From the IMG/VR virus record IMGVR_UViG_2639762904_000002, positions 3,973 to 67,972 of that record: DNA of 64,000 nt; one strand, given 5' to 3'. The translations under genes were made by a program, and so were the position numbers. The notes beneath the pieces were generated by a model. The model searched no databases, was not told the origin of the DNA, and saw only the letters and a program-made list of their open reading frames with translations. Positions 1 to 9,522 of the stretch are shown piece after piece. This DNA comes from a virus. Its lineage: Duplodnaviria > Caudoviricetes. Numbering within the stretch: the first letter of the stretch is position 1; each line of letters begins with the position of its first letter.

Positions 1-174
1 GTGGCGAATAGCGTCTTCACTGTAGCCAGTAAGCTCCGAGGCGCGGTTGATCATTACCCATCTAGGGAAGCTCATGCTAAATCCTCCAGCATGTTAAATG
101 GTGCGCCGACTGAGTTGCTGGATTGCAGTGAGCTCATGGAGGTTAAGAGCAAGGCTGAAAGTTCGTTATTCATT

Positions 175-1101
175 TCATTCACCGCTCATTGCGTATTTGG
201 TTTTACTATTCGCTGATAACTCCGGTAGCAGGACTCTGGCTGGCTTGACCGTAAAACAAGTTCCCTCTATTTCAACCGTTTGAATGCCTCTTAGGAATCC
301 AGTTATATCTATGTCAATGCCGTTTTTTAATCGGCGCTGATGCGCGGCGACAAGATGTAGAATAGGGCGCTTCCTGCCGGTAGCTGTAAGCGGTATAGAT
401 CTTGCGTAAAGCAGGGACTTAATTTGCTCAGGCATAGATCCCAATCGAGCTAAGCAATTGGACTCGCGTGCTTCAATTGTCCAGCAGTAGCGACTATCAG
501 CTATGAATTGCATGGCGATTGAAGCCATAGCTTCCCGCCCTTTCAGTTCTTTTTCCGGCGTCGTTAGATATTGGCTGGTTTTGTACCGGCCAGCTACGTC
601 GAAGCGTTGTTCGCACGCAACTACTTTGCCTTCTTTAGTTACACAAAAAAACGAGCGTTCACCTTCAACAAAGTGGTTTTCAGATGCGGCAATTATTATT
701 TCGTACAGTTGTCCGCCCGAACGTCTGTGCCAAGTCTTTGGTAAGGTGTTGGCTTGTCGAACGTATGCCGTTTGAAAAAAACCTCCGTACTCATCGCTCG
801 GCACTTGTACCGTTTTGGTAAAGCCTACACATCCGACGGTGGGTAAAGGGTCATTGTTAATGTCAAATTCCCAATCCCCAGCATTAGTTGAGCTGGGCGC
901 TATGATGAATCTATCTTTGCTCGGAACGTAAGGGCCGACTCCTCTAATTAAATTCATCCGCTCCGGGTTGAGAGTGTTGGGGCCGGCGCCTTTGTTTTTC
1001 TTGATTCTAGTTTCAAAACATGTGATCAGAGCCGCAGCCACAGAGTCTTCGAATGAATCAGTTGTCCAGAGATCTTGATTGTCTGAGCATGATGGTTTCA
1101 T
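175..1101 (-). CDS. Hypothetical phage protein, lower GC than neighbours
   Basis: Long ORF; ATG at 1101 overlaps the methyltransferase stop (ATGA). Confidence 0.7.
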   Translation of the reverse strand: MKPSCSDNQDLWTTDSFEDSVAAALITCFETRIKKNKGAGPNTLNPERMNLIRGVGPYVPSKDRFIIAPSSTNAGDWEFDINNDPLPTVGCVGFTKTVQVPSDEYGGFFQTAYVRQANTLPKTWHRRSGGQLYEIIIAASENHFVEGERSFFCVTKEGKVVACEQRFDVAGRYKTSQYLTTPEKELKGREAMASIAMQFIADSRYCWTIEARESNCLARLGSMPEQIKSLLYARSIPLTATGRKRPILHLVAAHQRRLKNGIDIDITGFLRGIQTVEIEGTCFTVKPARVLLPELSANSKTKYAMSGE

Positions 1102-3089
1102 TGTATTTCTCCTTGCTGTGCCATGCTCAGGGCAAGTGCCACGGGCTTGACCCAAATCGACACGTTGCTAAGCATGAACGTCTCCCCAGCCTCAGAAAGC
1201 AGCAGGGTCATGCCGAACACATCGGCCATCGCTCGGGCTGCAGCGCGCGGTACTGCGTTGCCAATCCGCTCCCGGTGGCTGCCGTCATTGATACCGTCCA
1301 GCCGGAATACACCTGCCTGTTCAATCTTGCGAACTCGCTGCATCCGCTCGATTTCATGGGCCGTCTGAGGATCGGTTGACCAGTACTCATCTGGATCAAA
1401 AAGCGATTGAAGCGCGGCAAGCTCCAGGGTGGTGAACGGGCGGTGCCAGGTGCCGTCGAGGCTGGTGATCATGCAGGTCAGCCGGTCATTGGGCGCTGGC
1501 ATGCGCTGATCGGCAACCGACCACCGGCCGTTGTCGTGACAGGCGCTGGCGGACACTGCGCCGGCCGGCGTGTTGTAGTCGACCACTCCATAGTGCCCGC
1601 CGGTCAGATAAGCATCGCCCTTGGAGCGCGACATGCCTGGGCGCGGATCTGCGATCGATAGAGCTCCGCTGGCAACCTGTTGTGAGCCGGTTACGGTCTT
1701 GGCGCTCTCGCACCAGGGCGTGATCCTCAGCTTTTGGGTGCTGGCGTTCGGGTGCCAATTTTTGTAAGCAGGATCTGCCACGGCGAAAGCGCCTTGCCCG
1801 GTGGTGCTGCCGGCGATGACGGTGCCGGCCGGCTTGCTGTAGTCGGTGACCAGGTACTTGCCGAAGCCCTTGGACGGTTGCCGAGGATCTGCAACCGCCT
1901 GCCCGCCGGAGCTGGGGCCGTGCCCTGCGGTGACAGTGCCGGCGGCTTGGTCGTTGCGAACGACCCGGAATACGTTGTTGTGACGCTCGCCGCTCATGCG
2001 CGGGTCTGCAACGCTAAACGTCCCTTGCCCTGGGCTGCGCTGACCGGTTACCACACCACAGTGGCGGTTGTAGGGCAGCACGCCGTACTGGGTGTATTCA
2101 AATTTGCTGGTCGGGCGCGGATCTGCCACCGAAAACTTGCCGTTCATGGGCCGGCTCGCACCTGCAACCACGCCGGCTGTATCGTCCCAATCGACAACCC
2201 CGAGCACGCCGTTGTGGTATTCCGGCACGATCACGAAGTCACGAAGATGACCGTCCTCAATCGCAAACCGACTCAGGCTGCGCCAATCCTTGCCTGCCTC
2301 AACAAGAGCCAGGCGTACCCAAGTTTTCCACTGCAATGCCGGCACCCGGTGCATCGGCCCCGCCTGCTCGATATCGCCGGCCAGCGGCATGCGGCTCAGC
2401 ACATCACCGACAGCGCGCAGGCTCCGCTTTTCAGGTTCATACAAGAACGCCGGGACCTGCTCTACGTGCCTGGCCACCAGCAAGAAACGCTTGCGGCTCT
2501 GTGCCAGCCCGCCAATTTCGCCACAGTCGTGGGTGGTTTCCGCCACCGCGTAGCCGTAATGGCGGAGCAGCTTGGTGATCTGATCCAGCAGGTAGCGACC
2601 ACGGGTTGCTAGGCGCGGCACGTTTTCGAACACGATCAACTTCACCGGTTTGTGCTTCCAGGCTTCGCACATCAGCCACACACACCGCAACGTCAGCTCG
2701 TTGAGCGCCCGGTATTTGGGAGTCTGGCTCATTGTCTCGGAAAGCAGGCCCGATGCGCCCTTGCAGGGGCTGCTGATGAACACCGCGTCCGGGTCTTCGT
2801 TGCCGGCGGCGCGGCGCAGATCCTCGGCGGTGGCCTCGATCCAACCGGCTGGCGGCTGCTGGCCGTGGAACGCTGTGTACTGTTCTCTTGTGAACAGGTC
2901 CATCAGCGTGCCAGGAACACCTGTCATCATTTGGAAGTCGCGCAATCCGGCGGGGTCGACGTCGACCCCGCCAAGGCAACGCCATTCTGCCTGCACGGTG
3001 CCGAGGACTGGCTTGGAGTCGCTGAAGCCAGCGGCGCCGCTGCCCAGCCCACAGCAGAGGTGGAAGTGGGTGAGGGTGCGTTTAAGCAT
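1098..3089 (-). CDS. Phage DNA cytosine (C5) methyltransferase with internal repeats
   Basis: Motif I HLCCGLGSG, catalytic SSPCKG, FENV, Q-R-R, C-terminal IGNAVP; repeated ...ADPR units. Confidence 0.9.
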   Translation of the reverse strand: MLKRTLTHFHLCCGLGSGAAGFSDSKPVLGTVQAEWRCLGGVDVDPAGLRDFQMMTGVPGTLMDLFTREQYTAFHGQQPPAGWIEATAEDLRRAAGNEDPDAVFISSPCKGASGLLSETMSQTPKYRALNELTLRCVWLMCEAWKHKPVKLIVFENVPRLATRGRYLLDQITKLLRHYGYAVAETTHDCGEIGGLAQSRKRFLLVARHVEQVPAFLYEPEKRSLRAVGDVLSRMPLAGDIEQAGPMHRVPALQWKTWVRLALVEAGKDWRSLSRFAIEDGHLRDFVIVPEYHNGVLGVVDWDDTAGVVAGASRPMNGKFSVADPRPTSKFEYTQYGVLPYNRHCGVVTGQRSPGQGTFSVADPRMSGERHNNVFRVVRNDQAAGTVTAGHGPSSGGQAVADPRQPSKGFGKYLVTDYSKPAGTVIAGSTTGQGAFAVADPAYKNWHPNASTQKLRITPWCESAKTVTGSQQVASGALSIADPRPGMSRSKGDAYLTGGHYGVVDYNTPAGAVSASACHDNGRWSVADQRMPAPNDRLTCMITSLDGTWHRPFTTLELAALQSLFDPDEYWSTDPQTAHEIERMQRVRKIEQAGVFRLDGINDGSHRERIGNAVPRAAARAMADVFGMTLLLSEAGETFMLSNVSIWVKPVALALSMAQQGEIQ

Positions 3090-3418
3090 CACCAAGTCCT
3101 CCCGGTGGCAATGCATTGATCGCAGAACCCCATAGGCCAATCGCTGCAGGTTGGGCAACCCTGCTCGGCAGCGTTCGAGGCGTGCGTATACCCCAAGGCA
3201 GGCTGCGCGAGCGGGCGTACTGAAGCGGTTAGCGTTGCATCACTGAGCGCTGCCCCGCGCAGCTTTTCGTGGGGTATAAGTGCCTCGGCAGTGGCGCTGG
3301 GAGGAGCAATAATGCCTGCTGCTGCGCAGCAGAGACTGTTTGTTTCTGGCGTGTCGACACTATCTGCAGCGCGGAGCAAAGCGGACAGGGCGCTGGTGCT
3401 GTTCTGTTGGTTCTTCAT
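3089..3418 (-). CDS. Hypothetical phage protein with C-terminal CxxC...CxxC
   Basis: Translationally coupled to both neighbours; CPTC/CDQC. Confidence 0.6.
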   Translation of the reverse strand: MKNQQNSTSALSALLRAADSVDTPETNSLCCAAAGIIAPPSATAEALIPHEKLRGAALSDATLTASVRPLAQPALGYTHASNAAEQGCPTCSDWPMGFCDQCIATGRTW

Positions 3419-3957
3419 GCCGCTTTCCTCCGATGTTCGATAGCGAGTTGGTCCATCAGCCGCTGGTGGTAAGTGTTGCGTGCTTCTGCGGGTGGCCAAG
3501 GACGGATGGTTTCAACCATGGGTTCGATGCCGACCAAGCAATCCCAGATAGCCGGATCGGGTGGCATGAGGTCGCGGCGTTCGGTAGCCAGCGCTATCAG
3601 GTCGGCTTTGTGGACGCTGGTGGGGAGTTCTGGTGCTATGTCGAACCGATCACAGACGCGCCACCAGATACAGTCCTCAAAGTGTTCATAGGCACTGATC
3701 CATTGCTTGAGTGGCCGCGTCATGTCGCCCAGGTACGCCTCGGGTGCGTCATGAAGCAAGGCCGCGAGTTTGTGTTCTTCCGGCACCAGCTCGGCGACGA
3801 TGCAGCTGTGTTGTGCCACGCTGTAGAACTCACGGGTGTGGCCGTTGAAGCGGCAAAGGTGTGCCAGCGCGTGCGAGATGTCCCGTGGATCGATCATGTC
3901 GGCGTCGGGTTCAAGCAGGTCAAAGTGTTTGCCTGAGTGAGTAAGGATCCAGTTCAT
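3415..3957 (-). CDS. HD-domain phosphohydrolase (YfdR-like 5'-deoxynucleotidase)
   Basis: CRFNGH, YSVAQHS, LLHDAPEAYLGD motifs. Confidence 0.9.
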   Translation of the reverse strand: MNWILTHSGKHFDLLEPDADMIDPRDISHALAHLCRFNGHTREFYSVAQHSCIVAELVPEEHKLAALLHDAPEAYLGDMTRPLKQWISAYEHFEDCIWWRVCDRFDIAPELPTSVHKADLIALATERRDLMPPDPAIWDCLVGIEPMVETIRPWPPAEARNTYHQRLMDQLAIEHRRKAA

Positions 3958-4175
3958 GCTGCCTCCTTAACGAGATCGGCCAGCAACAGGGCGTTGTCGG
4001 TTGCCTTGTGCAATTGGCGTAGGGCGTCATACCCAATCAGGGCTTTCAGCTGCCGATCAAATTCCTTGTTGTAACGGGTGAGGGCGCGCAGTGCCTTGGT
4101 GGCCTTGGTGTGTTGCTGTTGCAGTGTGCCCGCGACTTCTGGTGTCAGGCGCAGCATGGGAATGGCGCGGCTCAT
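3954..4175 (-). CDS. Hypothetical phage protein
   Basis: 73-aa ORF coupled to both neighbours. Confidence 0.65.
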   Translation of the reverse strand: MSRAIPMLRLTPEVAGTLQQQHTKATKALRALTRYNKEFDRQLKALIGYDALRQLHKATDNALLLADLVKEAA

Positions 4176-4365
4176 ACGTCACCGCCGACTGCTTTTTGAT
4201 TAAGGGGATGAGCGTCCGCTTCGGCTCTAAAAAATTGCGCTGCTTTGAGGGCTTCTTGGGGGCACATTGCTTCTGCTGGCTCGCGCAGTATCACCCAGCG
4301 GCCTTGGGGCCCAGCGATTGAGTCGTTTTCTGAGGTTGTTTCCAGTTTGGGTGCTACAGGACCTA

Positions 4366-5220
4366 GGGGCTGTTGCCGTTTGTATCTAAGCCATTGATAT
4401 AAAAAAGAAAGCCCGCATCGTTGAAGATCTGACCCAACACCGATGCGAGCTTTCGATGCCCCGATTATTGCTCAGTGATGAGCATTGGTCGAAGCTGCGG
4501 GAAATTTTGCTGCACCAGACCATCTATGACAAGCGTGATCTACGAATGACCGTGGAAGGCATGCTGTACCGCATGCGTACCGGATGCCCCTGGAGAGACT
4601 TGCCCGAGGCGTTTGGCAACTGGAACAAGGTCTATAAACGCTTCAATGCGTGGTCGGCTTCAGGCAAGTGGATCAAAGTATTCAAGGCCGTAGTGGAAGA
4701 CTCGGATATGGAATGGGTGTTCATCGATGGCAGCTATGCCAAGGCTCATCAGCACAGTGCCGGCGCTGTCGGCGGGCGTGACGAGGCCATAGGAAAAAGC
4801 CGGGCAGGCAACACCAGCAAGATCCACTTGGCGGTTGACGCCTACGGTCTGCCGATCGAGTTTGAAATCACGGGGGGCCAGATCAATGACTGCACCCAAG
4901 CCCCCAGCCTGATTGCCAAACTCGACAGGGCTGAAACGATCATCGCGGACAAGGGTTATGACAGCGAAAAAATACGCACTCAGATTGAGCGACAAGGCGC
5001 CAAGGTGGTGATCCCTAGAAAACGTAACTCATTGAAAGGAAACGGGGATCTTGATAAAGGGCTTTATCGGAACCGGCACTTGGTTGAGAACGCTTTCGCC
5101 CGATTGAAGCACTATCGGGCAGTGGCTTCTCGATTCGACAAGCTCAAACGAAACTATGAAAGCGTGCTAGCCATGGCATGCGCCTTCCTTTGGTTACCCA
5201 TGTGAAACGGCAACAGCCCC
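4366..5220 (+). mobile_element. Complete IS5-family insertion sequence, 855 bp
   Basis: Perfect 16-bp TIRs GGGGCTGTTGCCGTTT / AAACGGCAACAGCCCC; TA duplication at a CTAG target. Confidence 0.92.
4456..5205 (+). CDS. IS5-family DDE transposase
   Basis: RTGCPWRDLP, IDGS, ADKGYDS, YRNRHLVENAFARLK. Confidence 0.95.
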   Translation: MPRLLLSDEHWSKLREILLHQTIYDKRDLRMTVEGMLYRMRTGCPWRDLPEAFGNWNKVYKRFNAWSASGKWIKVFKAVVEDSDMEWVFIDGSYAKAHQHSAGAVGGRDEAIGKSRAGNTSKIHLAVDAYGLPIEFEITGGQINDCTQAPSLIAKLDRAETIIADKGYDSEKIRTQIERQGAKVVIPRKRNSLKGNGDLDKGLYRNRHLVENAFARLKHYRAVASRFDKLKRNYESVLAMACAFLWLPM

Positions 5221-5663
5221 TAGCAAAGCTGCCATGGCAAGAGCTTGGTCGCGGAGGGTAAGTGAATCGCGCTCGAGTTTTTTGCCGGTGCGGAATGCGC
5301 TAAATGTTTCTGCCGCAATTCGCAGTTTCTCGGCGATATCCAGGAGAGTTTGACGCGCTGGTTCCCCCAATTTCGACGCCGCCAGTGCCTGCTTATAGTG
5401 GGCATACAGTTGCTTATGGTTGCCCTGGGCCTGATCAAGCAAAAGCTTCAGGTCCTGAATCTCACCGGCGCTATCCGATTGCTGAATAGCCTTGCCTTCA
5501 TCAATACCTTCGATGCGGCCGTCAATCAGGCCCCCTCGATAACCGACCCAATAGAGGATCGCGGCGGCGATGATGATGCTGATCAATGCGAGGATTTGAA
5601 TCGCAGTCATGTGGTGTGCTCCTGGTAGTGAGTTCTGGCTGGTGGTGGCAGCCAATTGGTGTG

Positions 5664-5861
5664 TTATTCGTCGTGTGGGTCTGGTGGATCTGCGAGGCCG
5701 CACATCAGCTTGGCCTGGTGCGGCATGTAACCTTCCTCTCGCAGGGCGTCGTAGCGCTGATAGTCGGCGGCAAAGTAGCTGCACTCATCACACAGTCGGC
5801 TGGCCTTTTCGTCGGCAGACAACCGTGTATCGCAGTGTCGGCATTGATCGAGTAGAGACAT
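5664..5861 (-). CDS. Small Cys-rich hypothetical phage protein
   Basis: CRHC...CDEC; within early operon. Confidence 0.55.
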   Translation of the reverse strand: MSLLDQCRHCDTRLSADEKASRLCDECSYFAADYQRYDALREEGYMPHQAKLMCGLADPPDPHDE

Positions 5862-5862
5862 G

Positions 5863-6186
5863 TCACACCTCGTCGCCGGCAGCTTCTGGTCGCGGCATGT
5901 CTTCATCCGCCCGATAGGCGCGAATGTCGATTAGCGAGGCCACGTGCCTGATATGGGCGTACTTTGGTGCCTTACGGCTGTTTACCAGCGTTGTCATAGG
6001 CAGCTGAATGCGGCCGGTGGCGATCTCTGCTGCAAAGGAGTCTTTGTTGAGGTTTCGAAAGTACCGCTCACGCACCTTTTCAACGGGGATCAATACGTCT
6101 CCGAATGTCCGGTACAGCAGTTCGACTGTTGCAGGATCAGGTGCGGGCAGCAGCCGCAATGGCTGCTGGTCGGCGTGTGCACTCAT
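5863..6186 (-). CDS. Pyocin activator PrtN-family protein
   Basis: LLYRTFGDVLIPVEKVRERYF...IQLP...SRKAPKYAHIRHVASLID resembles PrtN family. Confidence 0.8.
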   Translation of the reverse strand: MSAHADQQPLRLLPAPDPATVELLYRTFGDVLIPVEKVRERYFRNLNKDSFAAEIATGRIQLPMTTLVNSRKAPKYAHIRHVASLIDIRAYRADEDMPRPEAAGDEV

Positions 6187-6255
6187 TCGGCCTCCGGCTT
6201 GCAAAGGGCGTGCGCCTTGTTTCGAGGGCTCGATAGCAGCGTGATCAGTGCAGGA

Positions 6256-6429
6256 TCAATCAGTGTGTGGGCCATTGTGTTTCTTCCGTTGGGGGTGATT
6301 CCAGGCATTCAGGCAGTGGCGTTTGGTCAACTCCCGCAGATGCTCCGGCACTTCGAGGAGCGCGGCGTTGCGCTCCTCGCGTGTGCGCATGGCTATGATC
6401 TGGCGGGCGTACTCCCTAGGCCACGTCAC
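6256..6429 (-). CDS. Small hypothetical phage protein (57 aa, below ORF-track cutoff)
   Basis: GTG-start ORF WPREYARQIIAMRTREERNAALLEVP... filling the operon gap. Confidence 0.5.
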   Translation of the reverse strand: MTWPREYARQIIAMRTREERNAALLEVPEHLRELTKRHCLNAWNHPQRKKHNGPHTD

Positions 6430-6700
6430 GGTTGTCTGCCGGAATGGCTGGCAGTTCGAGGCTTAGCTGTTCAGCGAGCCAGCGAATACCGGCCTGCCGG
6501 ACCTTGGTCGACTGGCTGTACTGCATGCCGGCGGTTTCGTGGAACCAGTTGCTGTTCTTGACTCGCAAATACTCGCGATCACGCACGGGGAACGCCGGTA
6601 GGTTGCGATCATTGAGCAAGCCTTTTTCACGCATGAGCGAGATGAGCTTGGGGCGGGTGAGGCCGAAGTATTTAGCGGCTTTTTCCAGGCTACGTTCCAT
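6416..6700 (-). CDS. Phage antirepressor KilAC-domain protein
   Basis: SLEKAAKYFGL..PKLISLMREKGLL...TKVRQAGIRWL pattern. Confidence 0.75.
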   Translation of the reverse strand: MERSLEKAAKYFGLTRPKLISLMREKGLLNDRNLPAFPVRDREYLRVKNSNWFHETAGMQYSQSTKVRQAGIRWLAEQLSLELPAIPADNRDVA

Positions 6701-6709
6701 TGCGACCTC

Positions 6710-7288
6710 CTATGCTGCATGCGCGGCGGGGGTCGCCGTGTCAGCCAGGTGGGTGATGGACTCGGCAACCATGGAGTAAATCTCCGCATCAGTCCCACAC
6801 ACCGTGAAGCACTTGGTGCGAGGTTTCCTGACGCCGATGCTCATGATTGTCGTGATGCCGGTGCGGGTTTTGTTGCGATGGATGGCCAGGTTGATCGGTT
6901 GCTCGAAACCCATATCGAGGCTGAGCGCACCGCCGGTTTGCACCAAGTCGAACACACGCTGCTTGTGTTCGATCTCGAAAACACCGTAGCGCCTGTCTGC
7001 ATGCGGCAGAGTTGAATCGCCAGGGCTGGTTGGTCCGTTAACAATCTCCTCAATGAAGTCCGCTAGCTTGAGGTGCATTTTTTTGCTGTTGGTCAGGGTC
7101 AGCGTGTGGCGTTCGCTGCCCAGTTCAACAGTAAAGTGGGTATCGACTTTGCGGCGCTCAACTTTCAGGCGGAAGGCCAGGGCGTCACGCTGAGCCTCGG
7201 CCCGCAGAAGATGATTGAAGGTCTCGGTCAAATTGACCTGTGCCTTGAGCAGGGTCAGCGTGCGGTTGTCTAGTTTGTACTTGCTCAT
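6710..7288 (-). CDS. Hypothetical phage protein
   Basis: 192-aa ORF in leftward operon. Confidence 0.7.
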   Translation of the reverse strand: MSKYKLDNRTLTLLKAQVNLTETFNHLLRAEAQRDALAFRLKVERRKVDTHFTVELGSERHTLTLTNSKKMHLKLADFIEEIVNGPTSPGDSTLPHADRRYGVFEIEHKQRVFDLVQTGGALSLDMGFEQPINLAIHRNKTRTGITTIMSIGVRKPRTKCFTVCGTDAEIYSMVAESITHLADTATPAAHAA

Positions 7289-7461
7289 GCTGCTTGCCCT
7301 CCGCCATTCGGATCGAATGGAGCGGGCGCAGAGCGCTGTTTCAGCTTGGGTTTGGACGCGATGAAAGCGCAGCCGAGGTCTTGTGCCAGGCGGCGGATTT
7401 CAAAGATGCGGGAGGGGTTAGCAGCGGCCGGGTGGACGTGAAGGGTTGCTGTGGTGTGCAT
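7285..7461 (-). CDS. Small hypothetical phage protein, first gene of leftward operon
   Basis: GAGG RBS before ATG 7461; stop overlaps the next ATG. Confidence 0.6.
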   Translation of the reverse strand: MHTTATLHVHPAAANPSRIFEIRRLAQDLGCAFIASKPKLKQRSAPAPFDPNGGGQAA

Positions 7462-7499
7462 GGTGTTGCCTCGCTCTGTGGTGGAAGAGTGAGGCAAGT

Positions 7500-7537
7500 A
7501 AACAATATGTTTGGTTTCGCGTCAAAACATTTTGTTT
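7500..7537. promoter_or_regulatory. Putative OL repressor operators (two AAACA-N3-TGTTT)
   Basis: AAACAATATGTTT 7500-7512 and AAACATTTTGTTT 7525-7537. Confidence 0.65.
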
Positions 7538-7541
7538 GGGT

Positions 7542-8324
7542 TTAGATGAGAGAAGGTCCTTTCAGTGGCCTGATCGATGACCACCAGAAGATCCGGCCCA
7601 ATATCACGACGCGTTGAGCCATAATCTGATCAAAATCATAATCTTCGTCAGCGTACTCATCGGAATTGAAACTCCTCATTTTCACTCCATTAGGGGTGCG
7701 TTGGAGAAATTTGATTCGGAAGTGACCATCGTGGTCTATTGCGTATATTTCACCATCAATTATTCGGGTCATTCCCTTATCAATACCGACGGTTGCACCA
7801 GAAAGAATCAATGGATGGTTGCTGTTGCCGCTATTTGTGGCGAACACTGCGTTCGATGGATCAACGCCACAACTTCTCATCGTCGCCCTCGAAAATCGCA
7901 GCTTTGGTCCCGTAATTTCTTGAACCTCTGTGCGAGCTACCTTTCCTGGGCCTGATGAGAGTTCAACTTCCTTGTAGAGCCTCAACTCAACCTCATCTTC
8001 TTCTAATGGTGTGTGTGAATCCCATGGGGCCATGGGTTCAAGGACGTAAAGGGGGGAGTCATTGGCAGCCTTTGGCGCACTCCCTCGTGCGGTATTCGAG
8101 TTTCGCATGGGGACGTCTTTCCCCTCCAGCCATTCGCGTTCAACAGCCAAGGTCATAGCGACTTGACCCGCCATATAGGCAGGGACACCTCTCGCCTTCC
8201 AGTTGGTGACGTTCTGATCGTTTTCCAGATCCAGCAGACGGGCGAGCTCCGCGCCGGAGAGTCCGGAGTCTTCCAGGGCTTGACGAAAGCGCTGGCCTTT
8301 AAGGCGTTGTGGGTGTTTGTTCAT
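7542..8324 (-). CDS. CI-like repressor (HTH + S24 autopeptidase)
   Basis: N-terminal HTH; SGNSNHP serine motif and RIKFL lysine; divergent from cro. Confidence 0.92.
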   Translation of the reverse strand: MNKHPQRLKGQRFRQALEDSGLSGAELARLLDLENDQNVTNWKARGVPAYMAGQVAMTLAVEREWLEGKDVPMRNSNTARGSAPKAANDSPLYVLEPMAPWDSHTPLEEDEVELRLYKEVELSSGPGKVARTEVQEITGPKLRFSRATMRSCGVDPSNAVFATNSGNSNHPLILSGATVGIDKGMTRIIDGEIYAIDHDGHFRIKFLQRTPNGVKMRSFNSDEYADEDYDFDQIMAQRVVILGRIFWWSSIRPLKGPSLI

Positions 8325-8396
8325 AAACAGAATGTTACAGCCCTTGCATAAAAATGATAACAAACGTATTGTTTGGTTCTGTCATTCTTTTTGTTT
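8325..8396. promoter_or_regulatory. Putative OR operators in the cI-cro intergenic region
   Basis: AAACAGAATGTTA 8325-8337, AAACGTATTGTTT 8362-8374, weaker site 8384-8396. Confidence 0.6.
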
Positions 8397-8411
8397 GCAT
8401 AAGGTGATGTC

Positions 8412-8669
8412 ATGACTACGCCTGACCAGGTGTTCGATTTGATAGTGCTAGTAGCTGAACGGGCCGGTAAAAGCCCCTCGCAACTCGCACGAGAATGCAA
8501 TGTCAGCCCACAGCGCTTTTTCAATTGGCGACATAGGGGGATTCCAGTTGCCCAAGTTCGTCCACTTGCGAAGGCTTTAGCTTGGGGACTTTTGCCTCAT
8601 GAGTTGAGACCGGATTTGCCAGATATTTTTCCTGCGCCAGTTCAGGCCGTTTCGGCTCAGGCGGCATAG
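8412..8669 (+). CDS. Cro/YdaS-like HTH regulator
   Basis: SQLARECNVSPQRFFNW; C-terminal HELRPDLPDIF. Confidence 0.85.
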   Translation: MTTPDQVFDLIVLVAERAGKSPSQLARECNVSPQRFFNWRHRGIPVAQVRPLAKALAWGLLPHELRPDLPDIFPAPVQAVSAQAA

Positions 8670-9003
8670 GGCGCTAAGAAAAAAGGCGGCCTACGGGCCG
8701 CCCAGTTCCTCCCGGCACACACCACCACAGTGCTGTCGGGTCGCGATCAAGGTAGGAGGGCACACCACATGCAAACCACCTCCCTTTATCGCGCTGCCAA
8801 GACACGGATGTCTTGGGTTGCTGCCTTTTCCACCACAGATTAGGCAGCTGTTGCGCCAGAGGTGAGAGACGGATCGCTCACCTTGGCACGGTGCCGGTTT
8901 CGATCTTGAGGATCTTGCCGGCGTTTGGGCCCTTTCAAGCCACGCGGCAAATGTAACACCACTGCACGCCGCGCGGCACTGGCAACTTATAAGGATTAAT
9001 GCC

Positions 9004-9522
9004 ATGAGCCGAATTGCTCTGAGTTGCGTTGATCGAGCACAACGGGAAGTCCTGACGCTCGAATTAGCGCTGTACCACGCCGCACGGGATTATCCAGGCG
9101 GTGCAGCTGCAATCGCAGCCACCACCGGCCGTAATGCCACCACTTTGCAACACAAGTTGTCTCCCACTCATCCCTCGCACACCGTCAATATCCAAGAGTT
9201 TGGCGAGATCCTCGAACTCACCAAGGACCGCCGCATACTCGATGCGGTGCATGCCCTCGTCGGCGATACGATCTGGCAGGAGCTGGCTGAGGCGTACACC
9301 AACGACATGCCAGAGACCCTGACCACGGGTATCGCCATGTTTTTCAGGCAGGTTGCCGATTTGTCGGAAACCTGGGCTAAGCATATTGGTGACGGCAAGG
9401 TTGATGACCGAGAGTTGGCTGAGATACGCCAGCTAGTATTTCGCGGCATCCAGGGTTTGTTGGGCATGTATAACCGCGCCCGTTACGTCAATCAGACGAC
9501 TTGCGGGGTGGACCGTGGCTGA
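9004..9522 (+). CDS. Phage regulatory CII-family protein
   Basis: YPGGAAAIA...TLQHKLSP; position after cro. Confidence 0.8.
   Translation: MSRIALSCVDRAQREVLTLELALYHAARDYPGGAAAIAATTGRNATTLQHKLSPTHPSHTVNIQEFGEILELTKDRRILDAVHALVGDTIWQELAEAYTNDMPETLTTGIAMFFRQVADLSETWAKHIGDGKVDDRELAEIRQLVFRGIQGLLGMYNRARYVNQTTCGVDRG

Larger units (their letters stand above)
4172..5610 (-). pseudogene. Phage membrane-anchored protein interrupted by IS5-family element
   Basis: MTAIQILALISII... N-terminal TM; removing 4366-5220 plus one TA restores an open frame to TGA at 4172 overlapping the next ATG. Confidence 0.8.
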
